Shown here piece after piece: positions 1 to 8,411 of a DNA stretch of 44,267 nt (within the stretch, counting starts at the first letter, position 1; the number at the start of each line of letters is the position of its first letter). The notes below the pieces were generated by a model that was not told the DNA's origin, did not search any database, and was given only the letters and a program-made list of their open reading frames with translations. The stretch is from Elusimicrobiota bacterium (GTDB taxonomy: Bacteria > CG03 > SLGR01 > JAGXOG01), in assembly GCA_027858455.1 (NCBI GenBank), contig JAQICQ010000027.1:1-44267 (forward strand). Reading direction: 5' to 3'. The translations under genes were made by a program, and so were the position numbers.

Positions 1-246
1 CTTTTAATGGGGGTTGCGGGCCTGTGGGCGGTTAGAATTCCCCTGGCTTATTTATGGTCGGGCTGGTTAAATTCTCCGACCGGAATATGGAACGCTTTCA
101 TAGTGGCGGGAATAGCAGAGCTTTTGATAAGTGTGGTTTACTATAGATACGCAAACTGGGAAATCCCTGTTATAGATAAAGAAAAACTAACCGAAGAAGT
201 TATATCTTCTGAGATTGAAAGGGAAGACGGGACTTTCAGAACCTAA
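1..246 (+). CDS. C-terminal fragment of a polytopic membrane transporter, possibly MATE-family efflux (5' end outside window)
   Basis: The frame is open to the window edge. The hydrophobic helices (GVAGLWAVRIPLAYLW..., IWNAFIVAGIAELLISVVYY) followed by a short charged tail resemble MATE C-termini. The family assignment is weak. Confidence 0.4.
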   Translation, partial: LLMGVAGLWAVRIPLAYLWSGWLNSPTGIWNAFIVAGIAELLISVVYYRYANWEIPVIDKEKLTEEVISSEIEREDGTFRT

Positions 247-308
247 TGGTTGTTTTTTTAAAAAAAAGGTAAAATAAACAAGAAATATATAGTAAGGAGG
301 GAAATAGT

Positions 309-518
309 ATGACCGAATGCAATTTAGAAAAAAATATGGAATTCTGCAACTGTACTTACGAACCCTGTTCGAGGAAAGGCAAATGCTGTGAGTGTATTGT
401 ATATCATAAAAATTTAAACGAAATGCCGGCGTGTTTTTTTCCGGACAGTATTGAAAAGACCTATGACCGTTCTGTGGAAACTTTTATTAAAATCTATCGG
501 GAAAACGGAGGGTTTTAA
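309..518 (+). CDS. Small Cys-rich cytoplasmic protein (DUF6485-like)
   Basis: A strong RBS (AAGGAGGG) lies about 8 nt upstream. The 69-aa product has the pattern [21 protein letters not shown]...ACFFP, as seen in a conserved small Cys-rich family. Confidence 0.5.
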   Translation: MTECNLEKNMEFCNCTYEPCSRKGKCCECIVYHKNLNEMPACFFPDSIEKTYDRSVETFIKIYRENGGF

Positions 519-526
519 TAAAGAAT

Positions 527-1027
527 ATGAGAGCCTATAAATTTTGTCCCCACTGCAAGGCTGCATTAAAAAGAAAAAAGGAAGACGGGATAGACCGCTT
601 GGTTTGTTCCGGGTGCGGCTGGATAAATTATCTTAACCCCGTACCGGCTGTTGCTTGCATAGTAAAAGATAAAGACCGGATACTTTTGGTCAAAAGGGGG
701 GTTGAGCCTGAAAAAGGCAAGTGGTCACTACCTGCAGGATTTATGGAACTCGGAGAGAGCCCGGAAGAAGCGGTTCTGCGAGAATTAAAAGAAGAGGCAG
801 GGATAGACGGAAAGATAAAAGAACTTATCGGAGTTTACGCCCAGCCCAGTAAAAATTATTCAACGGTACTTACTGTCGGCTACAGTGTATTAACTTCCGG
901 GAGAGATGATGATGTTGTGGCGGGTGACGATGTCACCGATGCGGAATTTAAAGAAATTGAAAAAGCCGAAGATATTCCGTTTGTCAGCCACCGCCGGATG
1001 TTAAGGGATGCCGATGCGCTCGTATAA
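527..1027 (+). CDS. NUDIX hydrolase with N-terminal zinc ribbon
   Basis: A complete Nudix box is present: GFMELGESPEEAVLRELKEEAGI (G-x5-E-x7-REUxEExGU). The N-terminus has CPHC...CSGC. Confidence 0.85.
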   Translation: MRAYKFCPHCKAALKRKKEDGIDRLVCSGCGWINYLNPVPAVACIVKDKDRILLVKRGVEPEKGKWSLPAGFMELGESPEEAVLRELKEEAGIDGKIKELIGVYAQPSKNYSTVLTVGYSVLTSGRDDDVVAGDDVTDAEFKEIEKAEDIPFVSHRRMLRDADALV

Positions 1028-1970
1028 ATATCTTTTCGGCCCGGTTCCTTCCAGGCGTCTGGGGGTTTCGTTGGGTGTGGATTTAGTGCCTTTTAAGACT
1101 TGTACGTATAATTGTATATATTGCGAATGCGGGCCTACAAAAGAGTACACTGCCTGCCGAAAGGAATATATTAAAATAGGGCCGGTTTTAGACGAACTTG
1201 ATGATTATCTTTCTTCAAAACCGGAACTTGATTATATAACTTTTTCCGGAGGTGGCGAGCCGACTTTAAACAGCAAGATAGGAAAAGTAATTAAATTTAT
1301 AAAAGAAAAATATCCGGAGTACAAGACCGCTCTTTTAACTAACGGCAGTCTTCTTTACCGGGAGGATGTTATAGAGGATATAAAGGACTGTGACCTGATT
1401 ATACCGTCTGTTGACGCGGTAAGCGGGAATATATTTAAGAAGATAAATAATCCCGCAAAAGGATTTAGCGCGGGACGAGTAATTGAAGGTATAAAAAAAC
1501 TTCGCTTAAAAAGTAATGCCGAAATTTGGATAGAAGTATTTATAGTACCCGGATTAAATGATACTAAAAAAGAGATAGGAAAAATCAAAAAAAGGTTAAT
1601 GGCAATTTCTCCCGGTCTTTTTCCCGATAAAATTCAGCTTAACAGCCTGGACAGGCCCGGCACCAAAGAGTGGGTGAAACGTACTCCTCCGGCAACGATG
1701 ACCCGGATTAAGAAGGAGCTTAGCCCGCTAAACGCGGAAATAATAGGCGGTTACAAAGGTAAAAAGAAAAAAGAATCGCAGGAGAAGAGTAATTTAGAAA
1801 AAAGAATACTGGGGCTCATAAAACGCCGCCCTTGTACTGCTCAGGATATTGCGGATTCTTTCGGGGCCAAAAAGGGAGAAGTATCCCGTAATTTGCGAAA
1901 ACTGGAAAATTGTGGTAAAATAAAAAAACTACATAAAGAAAGAGGAGAATTTTATAAATCAAATGGATAA
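1008..1970 (+). CDS. Radical SAM protein with C-terminal winged-helix domain
   Basis: The N-terminus reads FGPVPSRRLGVSLGVDLVPFKTCTYNCIYCECG (CxxxCxxC). The C-terminal ~55 aa (ILGLIKRRPCTAQDIADSFGAKKGEVSRNLRKLENCGKI) look like a wHTH. The gene overlaps the upstream gene by 20 nt and the downstream gene by 8 nt. Confidence 0.8.
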   Translation: MPMRSYKYLFGPVPSRRLGVSLGVDLVPFKTCTYNCIYCECGPTKEYTACRKEYIKIGPVLDELDDYLSSKPELDYITFSGGGEPTLNSKIGKVIKFIKEKYPEYKTALLTNGSLLYREDVIEDIKDCDLIIPSVDAVSGNIFKKINNPAKGFSAGRVIEGIKKLRLKSNAEIWIEVFIVPGLNDTKKEIGKIKKRLMAISPGLFPDKIQLNSLDRPGTKEWVKRTPPATMTRIKKELSPLNAEIIGGYKGKKKKESQEKSNLEKRILGLIKRRPCTAQDIADSFGAKKGEVSRNLRKLENCGKIKKLHKERGEFYKSNG

Positions 1971-2895
1971 CAAAAAACAAAAAGGCGGCAAAGGAAGTGC
2001 GGGGAAAGTTCAAGATATCAGGACAGAGGCCCTGGCTTTTATAGAAACAAGGGGCAAGACAGGCACTATAGGTACGCTTGATATTATGCCTAAGACTTCG
2101 GACGTAAGTTTTTTCAGAAGAGTAAACATAGGAACGGGTCTGGTTTCGGTAGTATATACAGGGGAAGTTGCCGCCGCAAGTTCTGCGCAGGAAGCCGCAG
2201 AAAATCTTGCCGGCAAAATAAGTGAATTTCATGCCTCTAATCTTATAGCCCGGCCTCATGAAAGAATATATTCGCTCATTCTTCAGAGATCCGGCGAAGA
2301 AGTCAATGTGGATTCTCCTTCAAACTCAAAACTTGCGCTTGGTATAGTAGAAATAGACGGTTTTGTCGGGATGGTTAAAGCCGCCGATGCGGGGATTAAA
2401 GCCGCTGATGTTCAAATACCTTCATGGGTTACTGTGGGGGGAGGGTTAACGACAGTTTTTTTTAGAGGTGAAGTTGCAGCGGTGCATTCTGCGGTAGAAG
2501 AAGGGATGTCGGCTGCCGGCAAAGTAGCTAAAATAGTATCCTCACATGTAATACCTCAGCCTCACGAAGGAACCGATGAAGTAACGCCAATAGGTAAATT
2601 TACAGGAAAAAGTACATTTAAAAAGACCGCAAAAGATGATGCTTTGGGAATTCTTGAAACTAAAGGTATTACCGGACTTATCGAGGGGATAGATGCAGGT
2701 TTAAAGTCAGCTAATGTAGTTGTCCAGGGCTGGGAGAAAATCGGACGGGGGATAACTTCTACAATTTTCCGAGGCACAGTCGCCGATGTGCGTTCGGCTC
2801 TTGATGCTGCGGTTTCCGGCGCAGGCAGAGTAGGCGAAGTGGTTGGAAGTTATATAATTGCCAGGCCTCACGAAGAGCTAGAAAAGGGACGTTGA
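1963..2895 (+). CDS. Triple-BMC-domain protein (three tandem PduA/EutM-type microcompartment shell domains)
   Basis: Three repeats of ~79 aa (aa 22-100, 124-202, 227-304) each carry the BMC-H pattern: LG.vEt.G, D.m.K(s/a)a(d/n)V, (i/v)G.G(l/i) and G.Va.V..A...g......v......I.rPHe. Domain 3 is close to PduA (ALGILETKGITGLIEGIDAGLKSANV...EKIGRGI...RGTVADVRSALDA...IIARPHEE). Confidence 0.8.
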   Translation: MDNKKQKGGKGSAGKVQDIRTEALAFIETRGKTGTIGTLDIMPKTSDVSFFRRVNIGTGLVSVVYTGEVAAASSAQEAAENLAGKISEFHASNLIARPHERIYSLILQRSGEEVNVDSPSNSKLALGIVEIDGFVGMVKAADAGIKAADVQIPSWVTVGGGLTTVFFRGEVAAVHSAVEEGMSAAGKVAKIVSSHVIPQPHEGTDEVTPIGKFTGKSTFKKTAKDDALGILETKGITGLIEGIDAGLKSANVVVQGWEKIGRGITSTIFRGTVADVRSALDAAVSGAGRVGEVVGSYIIARPHEELEKGR

Positions 2896-3560
2896 ATAAC
2901 TCGGGTATAAAAGAAAAAGTTAACGAAATATTAGAGGAACTTCCTCCCGGAGTTAAACTCGTAGCGGCTTGTAAGACGCGGACACCAAAAGAGATAACAG
3001 CGGCGGTCAAGGCCGGTATCAAAATACTCGGACAAAATTATATACAAGAATCCGAAGATGTTATAGGCCAAATCCCGCCCGGAGTTAAATGGCATTTCAT
3101 AGGACACCTCCAGAGAAATAAAGCAAAAAAAGCAGTACATCTTTTTGATATGATAGAATCGCTTGATTCTCTCCGGCTTGCAAAAAAGTTAAACAAGGAA
3201 AGCAGAAACGCCGGTAAAATAACTAAATGCCTTGTTGAAATTAACAGCGGAAGAGAAAACAACAAGGACGGAATTTTACCTAAAAATGCCGAAGAAGCTA
3301 TCCGGGCGTTTTTAGACTTTAAAAATTTAAAAATAGAGGGTCTTATGACTATGGGGCCTTTTGCAGGCACTCCGGAAGATTTTAGGCCGTATTTTAAAAC
3401 AACCAAAGAAATATTTGAATCCTTAAAAAGCAAAAATATTAAAAATTGTGATATGAAATATCTCTCCATGGGAATGTCGGCCTCATATCGGGTTGCTGTA
3501 GAAGAAGGAGCAAATATAGTGAGGATAGGGACCAAGCTCTTCGGTCCCCGGGAAAAATAG
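2892..3560 (+). CDS. yggS: YggS-family pyridoxal-phosphate homeostasis protein
   Basis: Matches include KLVAACKTRTPKEI (PLP lysine context), HFIGHLQRNKAKK and SMGMSASY..A...GAN.VRIGT.LFG. The TTG start overlaps the stop of the BMC gene (GTTGA). Confidence 0.9.
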   Translation: MNNSGIKEKVNEILEELPPGVKLVAACKTRTPKEITAAVKAGIKILGQNYIQESEDVIGQIPPGVKWHFIGHLQRNKAKKAVHLFDMIESLDSLRLAKKLNKESRNAGKITKCLVEINSGRENNKDGILPKNAEEAIRAFLDFKNLKIEGLMTMGPFAGTPEDFRPYFKTTKEIFESLKSKNIKNCDMKYLSMGMSASYRVAVEEGANIVRIGTKLFGPREK

Positions 3561-3588
3561 TTTTATAATATCACGCATATAAAATTAA

Positions 3589-4686
3589 ATGAGAAGAAAA
3601 ATATTTCGGATTTCAATATTTGTTTTTGTACTTATATCCGTTACCGGTCGAATCTCGGCGACTCAAGCTGAATCTAAATACGCAAAAGCCGAAGTAACAG
3701 GCAGTCCCGAAATAATAGTATCTTCTGCCGGCAGAATCCAGAAAATAAATATTGTAATACTCTCGGGCAAATATAAAGGTTTAATGGCTCCGGTTGATAA
3801 TTACATCTGGGACTATGAAGGATATAATATGCTCCTGTCCGAAGGAGATAAACTTACCCTTAAAATAGTGAAAGATTATGACGGCAGTCTAAGTTTTCTT
3901 GTTATGGGTCGTTACCGGTCTCCTTATATATTTATGGCTCTCGTACTTTTTATTGTTGTTTTTTTTATTATAACGGGTTTTAAGAACAAATGGGCTCTTC
4001 TTATGATTGCTTTTAATATTATTGTTGTCCTGCCCTTGCTTATATTCATTATAAGAACCGGTTTTAATCCTTTTGCTGCCGGAATAATTATATGCGGTGC
4101 GGGGATATTTATATCGGCAGCTGTTATTTTAGGCGGCGGCAAAAAATTTTATGCGGCATCTGCCGGTTCTGTTTTAGGCATATCTGCCGCCGGTGTTTTA
4201 ACCTTAATATTTTTGGACTATATGCACATTGAGGGTATGTTTTCTTCTTCGGCAAGAATGATTCTTGTTGCATCCAGATATTTAAAGGGATGGAATGTAG
4301 GTGATCTTAAAGGTATAGTTGCCGCAGGAATTATGATCGCCAGTTTAGGGGCGGTTATAGATATAGCTGTTTCTATTGTGTCGGCAATGAACCGGATATA
4401 TTTAGAGAGCTCCAAAAGTATTGGCTCGTTAATATTATTTAAATCCGGGTTAAATGTCGGACGGGATATGGTTGCAACTATGTTAAACAGCCTTGTGCTT
4501 GTTTTTACGGGACTCTCTTTGCCAGTTTTAATGGTACTGGGCATAATGGATATACCGTTTATTAAGATTATTAATTTTGAATTTGTTCTTATTACAATAC
4601 TCTCGGCGGTAATATCAAGCTTAGCTTTAATGATTACAGTTCCGGTAACTGCTTATATATCTTCAAGGGTTCTCAGAGATGATTAG
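3589..4686 (+). CDS. YibE/F-family integral membrane protein (signal peptide plus ~100-aa extracytoplasmic N-domain)
   Basis: The protein is multi-TM. YibE/F-type motifs are LGAVIDIAVSIVSAMNRI and GRDMVATMLNSLVLVFTG. Confidence 0.7.
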   Translation: MRRKIFRISIFVFVLISVTGRISATQAESKYAKAEVTGSPEIIVSSAGRIQKINIVILSGKYKGLMAPVDNYIWDYEGYNMLLSEGDKLTLKIVKDYDGSLSFLVMGRYRSPYIFMALVLFIVVFFIITGFKNKWALLMIAFNIIVVLPLLIFIIRTGFNPFAAGIIICGAGIFISAAVILGGGKKFYAASAGSVLGISAAGVLTLIFLDYMHIEGMFSSSARMILVASRYLKGWNVGDLKGIVAAGIMIASLGAVIDIAVSIVSAMNRIYLESSKSIGSLILFKSGLNVGRDMVATMLNSLVLVFTGLSLPVLMVLGIMDIPFIKIINFEFVLITILSAVISSLALMITVPVTAYISSRVLRDD

Positions 4687-5857
4687 AAAAAAAGCAGCTG
4701 TATTGGTTTTTATGGTTTTTATAGGTTTTGTTAATTATCTTTCGGCAGATAGTTTTTATGACGATCCTACGATTGATTTACACGCTCATCCCCTGCAGGA
4801 CATAAGGGTCTCGTCCAGGGCTTTTGCCCGCGCTGAAATCATTGAAGTTCTGCGCCGGTCCGACAGAAAGGAGAAAGGGCTTATAAAAGCAGTAATTACA
4901 CAGGGTAAATACAGCCGGCAAATTGTTTTTGCAGAGACCGTATCTTACTATGGCGGCGGGGGAATAAAAACAGAAGCAGGGGAAAATATTATTTTAAGTT
5001 ATTTAGACGGGCCCGGAGGTCCCGGAAGCATTCTTGTAGATGGCTACGACAGAACCGGCCAGCTTGCTGTCCTTTTTCTTTTGTTTATTACCGTAGCATT
5101 ACTGGTGGGGCGGCGGAGCATAGTTATGCCGTTTTTAGCGCTCACAGCCGGACTGCTTATTATTAAAATATTTTTTATCCCGGCTGTTATGGCAGGCCGG
5201 CCACCTCTGTTTTATGCTCTGGTAACTGTTACGGTAATGGTTTTAATAACTATGATATCCATAGATAAATTCAGCCGGAAGGCATTAACTGCTACAGCAG
5301 GCGCCCTTTCGGGGTTAGGTATAATGACAGTACTTGCGCTTATCTTTTATAAACTCTCCGGCATAAACGGTTTTCATATTACAAATATTCAGTTATTACA
5401 GTATCTCGATTCACCGTTAAAATTAAAATCCCCGGACTATTTTCGGCATATTATGGTAACTGTTCTGGTTTTGGGTTCAAGCGGAATAATTATGGATGTC
5501 GCTATAAGCATAGCGTCTTCAGTAAAAGAAATAGCGGCTGTTTCTGACAGGGTTTCGTTTAAAAGATTATTTGCGGCTGCCGGTGAGGTCGCTTCCCGGA
5601 TAACCGCTACAATGATTAATACTTTAATATTTGCTTATATAGGAGCTTCAATAGGAGTTATGCTTGTCCGGGGACTGGAAATCAGTTCTGTTTTTCAACT
5701 CTTAAACAGCGAATTTGTTCATATTGAATTTTACCAGATTGTTATAGGGGGTATCGGGTTTTTAGCATGCGCCGGCGTTACAGTTGTTGTCGGCGCGTGG
5801 CTGTTTAGTCCGAAAAAGACGGAACAAAAATCGGGGGTTGACAAAAGTAATAAATAA
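4679..5857 (+). CDS. YibE/F-family integral membrane protein (paralogue of the upstream gene)
   Basis: Motifs SGIIMDVAISIASSVKEI and TATMINTLIFAYIGAS are present. It overlaps the upstream paralogue by 8 nt, matching the paired yibE/yibF arrangement. Confidence 0.7.
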   Translation: MIRKKAAVLVFMVFIGFVNYLSADSFYDDPTIDLHAHPLQDIRVSSRAFARAEIIEVLRRSDRKEKGLIKAVITQGKYSRQIVFAETVSYYGGGGIKTEAGENIILSYLDGPGGPGSILVDGYDRTGQLAVLFLLFITVALLVGRRSIVMPFLALTAGLLIIKIFFIPAVMAGRPPLFYALVTVTVMVLITMISIDKFSRKALTATAGALSGLGIMTVLALIFYKLSGINGFHITNIQLLQYLDSPLKLKSPDYFRHIMVTVLVLGSSGIIMDVAISIASSVKEIAAVSDRVSFKRLFAAAGEVASRITATMINTLIFAYIGASIGVMLVRGLEISSVFQLLNSEFVHIEFYQIVIGGIGFLACAGVTVVVGAWLFSPKKTEQKSGVDKSNK

Positions 5858-5884
5858 TATATAATAATATTAGAATAAAGTAAT

Positions 5885-6169
5885 ATGAAAACAGATATGA
5901 GAAATAAAAAAATAAGTATATACAGGTCAAAAGCGGATTTTTTCAAGGCGTTTGCGCATCCGACAAGGCTGCTGATTATAGGTAAATTACTGGAAGCTGA
6001 AAGATGCGTGGGCAGTATTGAAAAAGTGCTTAATTTAAAACAGGCTAATGTTTCTCAGCATCTCAATATTTTAAAGAAAGAAGGAATAGTTGATTACGAA
6101 ATAAAAGGCCGAAAGAGGTGTTATTACATTACCGAACCTGAAAGAATGAAGAATATAATAGAAAGCTAA
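5885..6169 (+). CDS. ArsR/SmtB-family transcriptional regulator
   Basis: Matches FKAFAHPTRLLIIGKLLEAERCVGSIEKVLNLKQANVSQHLNILKKEGIV, the canonical HTH_5 pattern. Confidence 0.85.
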   Translation: MKTDMRNKKISIYRSKADFFKAFAHPTRLLIIGKLLEAERCVGSIEKVLNLKQANVSQHLNILKKEGIVDYEIKGRKRCYYITEPERMKNIIES

Positions 6170-6182
6170 GGAGGAAAGTAAA

Positions 6183-6500
6183 ATGATAGAAGTAACAGAT
6201 AGTAATTTCAAAGAGGAAGTTTTAGAGTCGGACATACCGGTATTGGTGGATTTCTGGGCAGAATGGTGCGGACCGTGCAAAATGGTGGCGCCGACTGTAT
6301 CCGACATCGCCGATGAAAATGAGGGTTCGCTCAAGGTTTGTAAGTTAAATGTTGATAATGCCAAACAGACTGCCTCAAAATACGGTATAATGAGTATTCC
6401 TACTCTCGCTATATTTAAAGATGGTGAGGTGGCTGATAAAGTAGTCGGAGCTTTGCCGAAAGATGCAATAATGGCAAAAGTTAAACCATTTCTCGGTTAA
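6183..6500 (+). CDS. trxA: Thioredoxin
   Basis: Has VLVDFWAEWCGPCKM (WCGPC active site) and GIMSIPTLAIFKDGE. An RBS (AAGGAGGA) lies upstream. Confidence 0.95.
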   Translation: MIEVTDSNFKEEVLESDIPVLVDFWAEWCGPCKMVAPTVSDIADENEGSLKVCKLNVDNAKQTASKYGIMSIPTLAIFKDGEVADKVVGALPKDAIMAKVKPFLG

Positions 6501-6512
6501 GGAGATTTAGAT

Positions 6513-6731
6513 ATGCCGATATTTAATTATAAATGCAAAAAATGCGGAAATACATTTGAAAAGATGACCGGAGTAATTTCCGAGGAGGAAGAACTTAAAT
6601 GTTCGAAATGCTCAAGTAAAGAGATAGAAAAAATCCTGTCAACTTTCAGTGTCGGCGCCGGACGCAGTTCAACACCTGCGCCATCCTGCAGTACGGGAAG
6701 TTGCAATACGGGAATGTGCGGATTGGGTTAA
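6513..6731 (+). CDS. FmdB-family zinc-ribbon protein
   Basis: Has MPIFNYKCKKCGNTFE...KCSKCSS, plus a C-terminal Cys/Gly tail typical of the FmdB/CxxC_CxxC_SSSS family. Confidence 0.8.
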   Translation: MPIFNYKCKKCGNTFEKMTGVISEEEELKCSKCSSKEIEKILSTFSVGAGRSSTPAPSCSTGSCNTGMCGLG

Positions 6732-6737
6732 AATCAC

Positions 6738-7112
6738 TTGAATACTCTTGCTGATTTTTTGAATATGCAAGTATATGCCGTTGCCGGGTCGTTTCGCAAT
6801 AAGTCTAAGTATGCTTATCAGGTGCTTTTAGACCTCTTAGAGAGAGGTAAAAAAGTTTATCCTGTAAACCCCGGAGGCGGCCAAGTTGAAGGAATAGATG
6901 TTTATAAAAATGTAAAAGATATTCCCGAAAAAGTGGAGGCAGTCTCTATTGTAACTCCACCACAGGTTACGGAAACAATTGTTAAAGATTGCCGTGATAA
7001 AGGTGTAGGGTATGTATGGATGCAGCCCGGCGCGGAAAGTAAGGAAGCAATTCAATTTTGTAGGGATAACTCAATTGAAGTTATCTATCATGCCTGTCTG
7101 CTTCGCAGTTAA
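6738..7112 (+). CDS. CoA-binding domain protein (YccU-like)
   Basis: Has YAVAGSFRNKSKYAY....L...G..VYPVNP and a VW.QPG.ES tail. The start may be TTG at 6738 or ATG at 6765. Confidence 0.75.
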   Translation: MNTLADFLNMQVYAVAGSFRNKSKYAYQVLLDLLERGKKVYPVNPGGGQVEGIDVYKNVKDIPEKVEAVSIVTPPQVTETIVKDCRDKGVGYVWMQPGAESKEAIQFCRDNSIEVIYHACLLRS

Positions 7113-7176
7113 TTTGTATATTTAACTTGATTTAGATAAAGTACTTTGGGTGAGGAATATTTACAGGAGCAAAATT

Positions 7177-7767
7177 ATGATAAAAAAAATCACAAAGTTT
7201 AGAGGGATTGCCTTCGCGGCTGTTATAGTTATTTTATTTTCAGCTTGCGGAGTAAAAAATAAGAGCGCAGATGAAAATTCTTTAAAAGTCGGGTTTGATG
7301 TAGATGATACACTTCTTTTTTCTACACCGGCATTTCAAAAAGGATTTGAAAGTTCAGAAAAACCGTTTTCCGGGGAGTTTTGGGCGGTAGTAAATAATTC
7401 TGACAGGGGCAACAGCAAGATAAAGAAAAAAGTACTCCAGATTTTAGAAAAGCACAGAGTTGACGGCGACGAGATATATGCAATAACAGCCCGCAAACCT
7501 AACGGCGGAGAGGGATTAAAAAATTATTTAAATGATGCTTTAGGTATCCCAAAAAGTAATATCTATTTTGAATCCGAGGGTAAAACAAACCGCCTGCAGC
7601 AGCTTGGTATAGATATTTTTTACGGGGATTCCGATTCGGATATTTCCGATGCAAATGCGGCGGGAATAAAAGCTTACAGGATTGAACGATCAACAGCATC
7701 ATCGTATCAGAAAAAATACAATCCCGGAAAATACGGAGAAAAAGTTATAAAAAACTCCGATTGGTAA
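7177..7767 (+). CDS. HAD-superfamily class B acid phosphatase-like lipoprotein
   Basis: Has a lipobox (ILFSACG), HAD motif I (VGFDVDDTLLFSTP) and motif IV (YGDSDSDI). The ATG at 7177, with AGGAG 8 nt upstream, is preferred over the GTG at 7150. Confidence 0.7.
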   Translation: MIKKITKFRGIAFAAVIVILFSACGVKNKSADENSLKVGFDVDDTLLFSTPAFQKGFESSEKPFSGEFWAVVNNSDRGNSKIKKKVLQILEKHRVDGDEIYAITARKPNGGEGLKNYLNDALGIPKSNIYFESEGKTNRLQQLGIDIFYGDSDSDISDANAAGIKAYRIERSTASSYQKKYNPGKYGEKVIKNSDW

Positions 7768-7777
7768 TAATTGAGAC

Positions 7778-8281
7778 ATGACCGGTTTTATTGATAAAAA
7801 ATTTAAAAAGATGCCGGGAAGATATTTAGCTCAATGCTTACTTGTAGTAATTTTACTTATAGTAATACTTTCTTTTCTTGATGTAATAAATGAAACAGCA
7901 CTCATTGCTTCTCTCGGAGCGACGGCATTTACAATATTCAGTATGCCGAGTTCTTATATGTCCGCGCCACGCACAGTAATCGGGGGTTATGCGGTAGGTA
8001 TGCTTTCGGGGGTGATATTTTGGTATCTTTCCGGCCGGGAAATTATTTCAGTAACTCTGCCCGCGGATTATATACCGGCAGTATTTGCCGCAATTGCGGT
8101 AGGAGTATCGATTCTTGTCATGGTTGTGACAAATACAGAGCATGCGCCGGCCGCGGGAATTGCATTGGGACTGGTTTTAAATAGCTGGAACGGAGGAACT
8201 CTTCTTTTTACATTAGCGGCGGCTATAGTCATGTCTGTTACAAAAGAAGTCCTTTCGGATTATCTCGTTGATCTCTTATAA
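7778..8281 (+). CDS. HPP-family membrane protein
   Basis: The protein is ~4 TM. It carries a TEHAPAAG variant of the HPP(A)G signature in the third helix region. Confidence 0.65.
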   Translation: MTGFIDKKFKKMPGRYLAQCLLVVILLIVILSFLDVINETALIASLGATAFTIFSMPSSYMSAPRTVIGGYAVGMLSGVIFWYLSGREIISVTLPADYIPAVFAAIAVGVSILVMVVTNTEHAPAAGIALGLVLNSWNGGTLLFTLAAAIVMSVTKEVLSDYLVDLL

Positions 8282-8411
8282 TAGAAAAGCAGTTTTTTAT
8301 AGCAGATTTATGTTCTTTATGATCAGTTCATTGTTTTTGACGGGATGCATGATGGGAACATATTCAAGATTAAGAAAAAGGAATTGTTGTTGAGAAAGAA
8401 AAGGAAAAATT

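Noticed and set aside
246-308. T7-A8 palindrome (TTTTTTTAAAAAAAA) after the first gene as a terminator
   Set aside because: It is pure A/T with no GC stem, so it is indistinguishable from AT-rich spacer. It was not reported as a terminator.
3038-3535. 165-aa ORF antisense to yggS. Similar antisense ORFs are 13139-13591, 13710-14129, 15524-15940, 28112-28516, 33556-33933 and 41497-41793.
   Set aside because: Each lies opposite a gene with strong family motifs (yggS, ftsH, folP, the permease, hppA, mnmG). None shows an RBS or domain signature. They are treated as shadow ORFs.
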